Position numbers and translations under genes: made by a program. Below the pieces are notes generated by a model that saw only the letters and a list, made by a program, of their open reading frames with translations, made no database searches and was not told the origin of the DNA. Of a stretch of DNA of 32,000 nt, positions 25,702 to 32,000 are shown one piece after another. This stretch comes from Pseudodesulfovibrio piezophilus C1TLV30. GTDB lineage: Bacteria; Desulfobacterota; Desulfovibrionia; Desulfovibrionales; Desulfovibrionaceae. Position 1 is the stretch's first letter; each line of letters starts with the position of its first letter. The stretch is taken from the NCBI RefSeq assembly GCF_000341895.1, contig NC_020409.1, positions 210,001 through 242,000 of the forward strand. Direction: 5' to 3'.

Positions 25702-27237
25702 ATGGCGGAGTTTAAATTTATTCGTCCGACAAGAGTTCGTCTTTTAGCAGAAGGAACTCAACCTGTCGTGAGTCTGCAAGGCGTTACCAAACGATTTGGT
25801 AAAGTCACGGCCAACGATTCCATCACCCTTGATATTTATCCTGGTCGCATAAAAGCCTTGCTCGGTGAAAACGGTGCTGGCAAATCAACTATGATGAGTA
25901 TGCTTGCCGGTCGCTATCGCCCTGATGAAGGGCAGATCAAAGTTGATGGGAATCCGGTTCGTTTTTCTTCTTCCAAGGATGCCATCGCTGCGGGGATAGG
26001 CATGGTCTACCAGCATTTTATGCTTGTTGAATCTATGACCGTTGCCGAAAATGTTCTTCTTGGACAGGAAGGCGGATTCTGGGTCAATCCTGATAATATG
26101 ATTCGCCGAGTTGGCGACTTGGCCGATAGGTATGGCTTGGAAATTGATCCCTCTGTTCGGGTCTGTGATCTTTCCATGGGAGAAAAGCAGATTGTTGAAA
26201 TTCTCAAGCTGCTCTACAGGGAGAGTCGGATTCTTATTTTTGATGAACCGACGGCTGTTTTAACGCCTGAGGAGACAAACAGACTTTTCGAAGCGCTGTG
26301 GCGAATGACAGAGCAGGGTAAATCCATCATTTTCATCAGCCATAAATTGGAAGAGGTCATTGCTTTGGCTGATGAAATTGCCATTCTTCGCAAAGGGAAG
26401 ATTGAGGGGGAACTCGACCCCAATGCTATTCAGTCAAAAGCAGAGCTGGCATCCCGCATGGTAGGGAGGGAAGTTCTCCTTGAGGTTGACCGTCAACCAG
26501 TTGAGATCGGCCATACTGTGCTTCAGGTCTCGAATATGACCGGAATGGGGCTTGAAAATATCGATTTTGAAGTTAGGCAAGGGGAGATTGTTGCCCTTGT
26601 CGGAGTTGCTGGCAACGGGCAGAAAGCGTTGGTTGAAGCGGTCACTGGCCTTGTCAAACCTCCTGTTGATACTGTTTTTATTATGGGGCAACCTTGGCGT
26701 CAGTTCTTTGCTGAATCCACCTGGAATCGCTCCATGTGCTATATTCCGGAAGATAGGTTAGGCCTTGCAACTCTTCGTAATCAGAATCTAGTAGATAATT
26801 TGCTTTTAACGACGCGCAAGGGATTTTCCAAAGGTCCATGGCTGAACAAGAAACAGGCTGAGAAAGATACCATTGATCTCATTGAGAAATTTGATATTCG
26901 GCCTGGTCGAATCCATGCCCTCGCGTGGCAGCTTTCAGGAGGGAATCTCCAGAAGGCTGTTTTGGCGAGGGAGCTTTTTAGGGAGCCTCGTTTTATTGTC
27001 GCTGAACAGCCAACACAAGGACTTGATGTTTCGGCCACGGAAGAGGTCTGGAACCGGTTACTGGAGGCTCGGAATCTTGCGGGAATCCTCCTGGTGACCG
27101 GAGATCTGAATGAAGCGTTGCAATTGGCAGATCGTGTTGCTGTCATCTATCGAGGACAGATCTTAGGTATGCTGTCGTCTTCTGATCCTGAAATCTCGGG
27201 GAAAATCGGCCCTCTCATGGCTGGAATTACAGATTAA
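25702..27237 (+). CDS. ABC-transporter ATP-binding protein with duplicated ATPase domains
   Basis: Walker A motifs are GENGAGKST and GVAGNGQKA. Signature motifs are LSMGEKQ and LSGGNLQK. Walker B motifs are ILIFDEPT and FIVAEQPT. The RBS is GGAAGGA. Confidence 0.9.
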   Translation: MAEFKFIRPTRVRLLAEGTQPVVSLQGVTKRFGKVTANDSITLDIYPGRIKALLGENGAGKSTMMSMLAGRYRPDEGQIKVDGNPVRFSSSKDAIAAGIGMVYQHFMLVESMTVAENVLLGQEGGFWVNPDNMIRRVGDLADRYGLEIDPSVRVCDLSMGEKQIVEILKLLYRESRILIFDEPTAVLTPEETNRLFEALWRMTEQGKSIIFISHKLEEVIALADEIAILRKGKIEGELDPNAIQSKAELASRMVGREVLLEVDRQPVEIGHTVLQVSNMTGMGLENIDFEVRQGEIVALVGVAGNGQKALVEAVTGLVKPPVDTVFIMGQPWRQFFAESTWNRSMCYIPEDRLGLATLRNQNLVDNLLLTTRKGFSKGPWLNKKQAEKDTIDLIEKFDIRPGRIHALAWQLSGGNLQKAVLARELFREPRFIVAEQPTQGLDVSATEEVWNRLLEARNLAGILLVTGDLNEALQLADRVAVIYRGQILGMLSSSDPEISGKIGPLMAGITD

Positions 27238-27308
27238 CGGAAAAGAAGATGTCTTTATGTCAAGCTGTTGCGGCTTGATACCACCTTTATTCTTTTGAGG
27301 AGTGTTTC

Positions 27309-28070
27309 ATGAATATCCGTAAAGCCCACATCTCTTTTGTTCTGATACTGATCATGCTTTTCAGTTTTTCCGGCATATCAAGCGCTGCTGGTACAACATT
27401 GGAGAAAGTCAAGGAAAAGGGCGTCATTACTGTTGGCAACAGTCCAGACTACCCGCCCTTCGAGTCGATAGGGGACAATGGAGAGCGTGTTGGATTTGAT
27501 ATTGATCTGCTTGATGCTGTTGCCCAGAAAATTGGCGTCAAGGTGCAGTGGGTTACTATGGAATTCGCCGCGATCGTAACTGCGGTTCAGAGTGGACAGG
27601 TTGATATGGGGATGTCCGGATTCAGCATTACCCCAGAGCGTCGTGAGCAAGTTGGCTTCTCCGCTCCGTATTTTGCTAGTGGTCAGGTTATAGTCACCCG
27701 ACCGGATTCAGATATCAAAAACGTTGCTGATCTGAATGGGAAAAAAATAGCTGTACAGCTCGGGACTACAGGAGAGCAGCAGGCAGATAAGATTGAAGGT
27801 GCTTCTGTCATTAAGCCTGAAAGCTATAGTATTGCTTTTATGATGTTGCACAATAATGCTGCTGACGCAGTTATCGCTGATTTGAGCGTTGCTGATGAAT
27901 ACATGAAAAATGGTACTTTCAAGAAAGCTGGTGAGCCTTTGTCTTTTGAGGAGTTTGCCATGATTTCCCGAAAAGGAAATGAAGATTTGTTGGCTGCACT
28001 CAACGCAGCATTGGATGCCGTCAAGAAAGATGGCACCTATGATGCGATTGTTAAGAAGTGGAACTTTTAG
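27309..28070 (+). CDS. Polar amino-acid ABC-transporter substrate-binding protein (family 3)
   Basis: It has a signal peptide ending SSA|AG. SBP_bac_3 motifs are present: VGNSPDYPPFES, GFDIDLLDAVA, DMGMSGFSITPERREQV. The RBS is GAGGAG. Confidence 0.85.
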   Translation: MNIRKAHISFVLILIMLFSFSGISSAAGTTLEKVKEKGVITVGNSPDYPPFESIGDNGERVGFDIDLLDAVAQKIGVKVQWVTMEFAAIVTAVQSGQVDMGMSGFSITPERREQVGFSAPYFASGQVIVTRPDSDIKNVADLNGKKIAVQLGTTGEQQADKIEGASVIKPESYSIAFMMLHNNAADAVIADLSVADEYMKNGTFKKAGEPLSFEEFAMISRKGNEDLLAALNAALDAVKKDGTYDAIVKKWNF

Positions 28071-28078
28071 TTTGAAGT

Positions 28079-28109
28079 ATGACCGGAAGAGCTTTGCTCT
28101 TTCGGTCAT
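28079..28109 (+). promoter_or_regulatory. Intercistronic stem-loop between the binding-protein and permease genes
   Basis: An inverted repeat of about 14 bp, ATGACCGGAAGAGC/GCTCTTTCGGTCAT, has one G-U pair and a 3-5 nt loop. No T-run follows it. It lies 8 nt after the SBP stop and 18 nt before the permease ATG. Confidence 0.5.
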
Positions 28110-28126
28110 CGTTCGGGGAGCCGGTT

Positions 28127-28837
28127 ATGGATTTCTCTTTGGTCTTTAAGCATTACACTATGATCCTGTCTGGGGCTTCGGCTACCCTGCAAGTGACTTT
28201 TGGAGCATTGGCTCTGGGGCTTCTTCTTGGCATTTTAGCCGGAACATGTCGTATCAGTCGCCGCTTGAGTATACGGATTGTCGCCGATATCTATATTCAG
28301 GTTATCAGAGGTACTCCGATGCTGCTTCAGATTTTCTTTTTTTATCTCGGCTTTCCGCAAATTTACATGATGATAACTGGCGAAGGAATTACACCTGACC
28401 CTCTCTTAACCGGTGTCATTGCTCTTGGCATAAACAGCGGTGCCTATAATGCTGAGATTATTCGTGCGGGTATCCAGTCCATTAACAAGGGACAAATGGA
28501 GGCAGCACGAAGCACAGGGCTTGGGCATACCCAATCGATGTTTTATGTTATTTTACCTCAGGCATTGAAGCGCATGATACCTCCTTTGGGAAATGAGTTG
28601 ATTGTTCTTCTGAAAGACTCTTCACTTATTTCGACTATTGGCGTGGCAGAACTCATGTTTACCGCCAAAGTTTTGGGAGCTCGATACTATACATATGTTC
28701 CCTTCCTTGTGGGGGCTGGCTGCATCTACCTTATTTTGACTTTTTCATTTTCACGGGTTTTCAATGCATTGGAGAGAAAACTCGCGGCCGGAAGTGGAGC
28801 GAGAGAGAACGCTTGTAAAGTGTTGGATCTCGGATAA
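28127..28837 (+). CDS. Amino-acid ABC-transporter permease (His/Glu/Gln/Arg/opine family)
   Basis: It has the IQVIRGTPMLLQIFFFYLG motif. The EAA loop is EAARSTGLGHTQSMFYVILPQALKRMIPPLGNELIVLLKDSSL. The ATG at 28127 follows GGGGAG. The ORF-track ATG at 28079 lies inside the hairpin. Confidence 0.85.
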   Translation: MDFSLVFKHYTMILSGASATLQVTFGALALGLLLGILAGTCRISRRLSIRIVADIYIQVIRGTPMLLQIFFFYLGFPQIYMMITGEGITPDPLLTGVIALGINSGAYNAEIIRAGIQSINKGQMEAARSTGLGHTQSMFYVILPQALKRMIPPLGNELIVLLKDSSLISTIGVAELMFTAKVLGARYYTYVPFLVGAGCIYLILTFSFSRVFNALERKLAAGSGARENACKVLDLG

Positions 28838-28855
28838 GTCTCTGCCCGCTTACAA

Positions 28856-28901
28856 AGAAAGTCCCTTCATGAAATGAATTCATGAAGGGACTTTCTTTTT
28901 T
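28856..28901 (+). terminator. Strong rho-independent terminator after the amino-acid permease
   Basis: A perfect ~18-bp stem, AGAAAGTCCCTTCATGAA pairing with TTCATGAAGGGACTTTCT, has a ~5-nt loop. It runs into a T6 tract at 28896-28901. Confidence 0.85.
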
Positions 28902-28942
28902 CTCATGTTCCCAGTATGTTATATTTATAGGGAGGTGCTAGC

Positions 28943-30217
28943 GTGGAAAATAGATTTTATACCGATTTTGATACGGATTGGATAGGACGTGGGCAGTCTA
29001 AAAATGTCAAAGGGAGGACTCCCTTTGAACAGGACCGTGATCGTATTATCTATTCCCCTGCTTTTCGTCGTCTTCAGAATAAAACCCAGGTCTTCCTCTC
29101 TGGTGAGTTTGATTTTTACAGAACTCGATTGACTCATTCGATGGAAGTGTCACAAATCGGTCGTTCCATAGTCAACCATCTTAATCGCACCTCACCACAA
29201 CTCTCTGATGGTTTTCATATTGATCAGGATCTTGTTGAATCAATCTGTCTTGCTCATGATATCGGGCATCCTTCATTTGGCCATGCGGGTGAGCAGGTCC
29301 TGAATGAATTGATGTTTGCAGAAGGCGGCTTTGAAGGGAATGCTCAAAACCTGCGCATTCTCGTTGATCTTTTTTATCGCGATAAATCCCAATGGTCAGG
29401 AATGAATCCCACACGGGCATTTCTTGATGGTATGCTGAAATACAAAACACTTTTTTCACATTCTCAAGAAAAAAAGAATCATTTCATTTATGATTTTCAA
29501 AAAGATATTCTTGATTTTGTTATCCCTCAACCTGATTTTTTGAAAGGATTGACGACTGAGCATGAACTCAATTCCTTCAAATCCCTGGAGTGCCGAATTA
29601 TGGATTGGGCAGATGATATTGCCTACTCCATTCATGACATTGATGACGGAATACGTGCGGGTTTCATTACGATGAAAAAGATTCGTAATTGGTTGGATAC
29701 TCATGAGAAGGAGTATGCAGAGAATGAAATCACGTTCCTGGAGTCACTTTGTGAATCTATCGTTGATGATTCCTTTAGTGCAACTTTGGCCCGTTTGATT
29801 GGCCTTTTCATTCATTCGACAACCTTGATCACGCGAAATACTGCGCTTGGTGAGAAAACGAATCGCTATAAATTTGATATTTTAGTTGAAGGTGAGAGCA
29901 GGCGATTATGCGAGATGCTTAAATCTCTTGCAATAGGACTTGTTTTTCATACTCCTCAAGTGCATCAACTTGAATATAAGGGCGGACGTATTCTCAGAAA
30001 GCTCTTTTCAGTAATGGAAGAAGAATACATGAAAGATGGTACGCACCCATTTCGTCTTTTACCGGCTCATTACCATGAAGCGATGGCCACGAGCAGTCAT
30101 TTACAAAAAAAACGGATGTTGTGTGATTATTTATCAGGAATGACAGATGGATTTGTCGTCCGAACATATAAGCGACTCTTTGACCCGGACTTTGGGTCTA
30201 TCATCGATCTTATTTAG
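28943..30217 (+). CDS. dgt: dGTPase-like HD-domain triphosphohydrolase (Dgt family)
   Basis: Dgt-family motifs are present: FEQDRDRIIYSPAFRRLQNKTQVF, RTRLTHSMEVSQIGRSI, CLAHDIGHPSFGHAGE, WADDIAYSIHDIDDG, DYLSGMTDGF. The GTG start lies 7 nt after GGAGG. Confidence 0.85.
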   Translation: MENRFYTDFDTDWIGRGQSKNVKGRTPFEQDRDRIIYSPAFRRLQNKTQVFLSGEFDFYRTRLTHSMEVSQIGRSIVNHLNRTSPQLSDGFHIDQDLVESICLAHDIGHPSFGHAGEQVLNELMFAEGGFEGNAQNLRILVDLFYRDKSQWSGMNPTRAFLDGMLKYKTLFSHSQEKKNHFIYDFQKDILDFVIPQPDFLKGLTTEHELNSFKSLECRIMDWADDIAYSIHDIDDGIRAGFITMKKIRNWLDTHEKEYAENEITFLESLCESIVDDSFSATLARLIGLFIHSTTLITRNTALGEKTNRYKFDILVEGESRRLCEMLKSLAIGLVFHTPQVHQLEYKGGRILRKLFSVMEEEYMKDGTHPFRLLPAHYHEAMATSSHLQKKRMLCDYLSGMTDGFVVRTYKRLFDPDFGSIIDLI

Positions 30218-30263
30218 AAGTAGAGGTGCTTTCTTCGCCGGAAGCGCTATGCAGTGACTGAAA

Positions 30264-30491
30264 TTATTCTTTTTTTTCCTGAATAACATCAACGTCCTGA
30301 TGTTCTAGAACAATTTGTTTTCCTTCTTCATTCTCAAATGTATACGTCTGAGATTGGACGTCATATTCGAGAGCGCCCATTGCAGTATATTTCTGACCAT
30401 TTTTAGTGGTGACCTGATACGATTTTGTTCCACATCCAAATATGGAGAGGGACACTGTCACAAGTATGATGAGGGTATATATTTTTTTCAT
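30264..30491 (-). CDS. YgdI/YgdR-family (DUF903) small lipoprotein
   Basis: It has a lipobox (LSIFGCG). The mature part parallels E. coli YgdI: ...Y.V.T.NG....A.G....D......Y.F....G....I....DV..I.E. Confidence 0.72.
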   Translation of the reverse strand: MKKIYTLIILVTVSLSIFGCGTKSYQVTTKNGQKYTAMGALEYDVQSQTYTFENEEGKQIVLEHQDVDVIQEKKE

Positions 30492-30541
30492 GTCAAATCC
30501 TGTTGCCTGTTAAGAAGCAATGCTGGGAGCATACTATGCTC

Positions 30542-31384
30542 TCAATGTTTTGAGCAACACCTATTTGAAGGTGCTGGAGAGCTGAGTGCGGCTTGGTGAT
30601 GCATCAAGAGTTTCCCCGCATTGCCCAATATCTTTTCGAGATTAGGCTCTGAAAGTTTCAGTCGCTGTTGGAGTTGGTTGATTTCATTATTGGCATCAAA
30701 GAGTGGGTAATCGCTTCCAAAGAGAATGCGGTCAATTCCGAATGAGTTGAAAAGGCGCTTAAGCATCACATCATCCACAAAGGCTGTCGTGCTTGAGGAA
30801 TCGACGTAAATATCCAATGGCGCAAGGAATTTAAGAGATTCTTCCCAATGACAATATCCTCCCATATGAGCTGCAACTATGGTTGGCTTTGGAAATGTCA
30901 TTCGGAGTTTGGCCATCTTCTGAGGGCAGGAAGGGTTCAATTCAGGTGGAAGGGTATCCCCAACATGGAAAAGGCAGATAAATCTATCATCTATGATCTC
31001 CATGAGTTCATAAAATGATGAGTCGTCCATTCTAAACCCTTGAAAATCAGGGTGAAATTTCAAACCCACAATGCCATTCTTTTCCAGTCGGTCAAGTTCA
31101 GCCTCTATTTGGGAGCTGTGAGGGTGCATTGTGCCAAAAGGAATAAGTTTCTCGTGAGCATGCTTCATTGAAATAGCCCAGTTGTTGGCTGGGATAACCT
31201 GTGAAGGTGTTGTGGCAGCGGTTAAGACAACTCCTCGATCCAGTTCTGCTGCATCAAGGTGAGCAAGAAGGTCTTCAACTATCCCAGTCCCTATGGGCCT
31301 GATCGAGTAATGATCTTCAAGTTGAGTCAACACCTTTTGCGCTATCTTGTGGTGAAAGACATGTGTATGAACATCTATTCGCAT
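30542..31384 (-). CDS. Amidohydrolase-2 / TIM-barrel metal-dependent hydrolase family protein
   Basis: MRIDVHTHVF is taken as the N-terminus. Further motifs are GLKFHPDFQGF, FHVGD, AAHMGG and ILFGSDYPL. The start is uncertain. The ATG at 31384 fits the family N-terminus but lacks an SD. The TTG at 31444 (ORF track) would overlap the upstream gene by 8 nt. Confidence 0.72.
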   Translation of the reverse strand: MRIDVHTHVFHHKIAQKVLTQLEDHYSIRPIGTGIVEDLLAHLDAAELDRGVVLTAATTPSQVIPANNWAISMKHAHEKLIPFGTMHPHSSQIEAELDRLEKNGIVGLKFHPDFQGFRMDDSSFYELMEIIDDRFICLFHVGDTLPPELNPSCPQKMAKLRMTFPKPTIVAAHMGGYCHWEESLKFLAPLDIYVDSSSTTAFVDDVMLKRLFNSFGIDRILFGSDYPLFDANNEINQLQQRLKLSEPNLEKILGNAGKLLMHHQAALSSPAPSNRCCSKH

Positions 31385-31436
31385 GAGAGCAGGGTGCCAG
31401 ACAGAGGAGAGCGTGTAAACAGCTGTTTGAAAATGA

Positions 31437-31856
31437 TCAGTCAAAAAGCTCTTTGAGCCACTCCGGTATTCTTACAGGTTTTCCTTCATTCCCAATAGCC
31501 GCATGCTCAGTCATCCCTGTGGCATGAAGTGTTGTTTTTTCTGCATCCCATATCTCATACACAAACCGCATTGATGCCCGGCTCCATTTCTCAATCCCGA
31601 CTCTGATGTAGATTTCATCGTCAAAGCGTATAGGGGCACGGTATCGACAATTTGCCTCACGTACAGGAAGTATTATGCCGCGTTTCTCAACTTCAGCATA
31701 GCTCATACCGCGTTCTCTTATGTAAAGACTTCGAGCACGTTCAAAGAGATGAAGATATTCGGCATAATATAAGACTCCCATGGTATCTGTTTCTCCGTAT
31801 GAGACGAAATGATGATACCAGCTGTCAGAGAGTGGGAATGTTGACTTGGGCGACAT
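31437..31856 (-). CDS. YbgC/4-hydroxybenzoyl-CoA-thioesterase-family acyl-CoA thioesterase (hotdog fold)
   Basis: It has the motif V.YGETDTMGVLYYAEYLHLFERAR with the catalytic Asp, and a hotdog pattern (ILPVREANCRYRAPIRFDDEI). It is ~139 aa. Confidence 0.8.
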   Translation of the reverse strand: MSPKSTFPLSDSWYHHFVSYGETDTMGVLYYAEYLHLFERARSLYIRERGMSYAEVEKRGIILPVREANCRYRAPIRFDDEIYIRVGIEKWSRASMRFVYEIWDAEKTTLHATGMTEHAAIGNEGKPVRIPEWLKELFD

Positions 31857-32000
31857 TATTTGAGTCCAAATTGTTTGAGAGCATAGGAAAGCAATGTGTA
31901 ACCGTCATTCAGGACCAGACCGGACGAGCACGCAGTGTCTTCACTGAAAGCATCTACTTTAGAAGAGGGACAGCCTGGCCCATTCAAGAGAAATGGAACT
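31857..32000 (-). CDS. 3' end of an unidentified upstream gene. It is partial and continues beyond the window.
   Basis: My own translation of the minus strand is open from the window edge to a TAA at 31857-31859: ...VPFLLNGPGCPSSKVDAFSEDTACSSGLVLNDGYTLLSYALKQFGLK*. The stop abuts the thioesterase ATG (TAAATG). I do not recognise the family. Confidence 0.35.

Noticed and set aside
1-32000. A window-wide look for CRISPR arrays, IS elements or transposases, integrases, prophage genes, tRNA or rRNA genes, and toxin-antitoxin or restriction-modification hallmarks.
   Set aside because: I saw no regularly spaced direct repeats. No ORF has transposase, integrase, phage or restriction-modification motifs. 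No intergenic region is long enough, or carries a T-loop-like sequence, for a tRNA. Whole-window repeat detection by eye is limited, so a self dot-plot would be the definitive check.

Overview
This window reads as an ordinary, densely packed chromosomal core region of a Gram-negative (diderm) bacterium. G+C content looks moderate by eye, roughly mid-40s percent. Gene content is loosely reminiscent of Desulfovibrionales-type genomes, but that placement is weak inference. About 38 protein genes can be called by recognisable motifs.

**Main gene content**
- A complete tolQ-tolR-tolA-tolB-pal envelope cluster.
- tRNA modification and DNA repair genes: tgt, nth and miaB.
- Purine salvage: gpt, a BMP-type nucleoside ABC transporter, and an adenosine-kinase-like PfkB gene.
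- A polar amino-acid ABC transporter with no ATPase gene.
- pgpA-maf, glk, and a dGTPase-like HD hydrolase.
- A MotB/MotA-like stator pair.

**What I did not find**
I saw no rRNA, tRNA, CRISPR array, transposase, integrase, prophage or classic defence hallmark genes. I do not see a compelling novel system.

**Leads worth a second look**
1. A translationally coupled three-kinase operon: adenosine-kinase-like PfkB, an APH-fold kinase, and a divergent APS-kinase-like P-loop kinase.
2. An isolated stator pair in inverted order (motB then motA) behind a near-consensus sigma-54 (-24/-12) promoter.
3. A YihY/BrkB membrane protein carrying an Rrf2-like winged-helix C-terminal domain.
4. A TVP38/DedA-like membrane protein paired with a CxxxxC flavoprotein disulfide reductase.
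5. A dGTPase-like gene with a strikingly AT-rich internal segment.

All functional calls rest on by-eye motif recognition. No database search was run.
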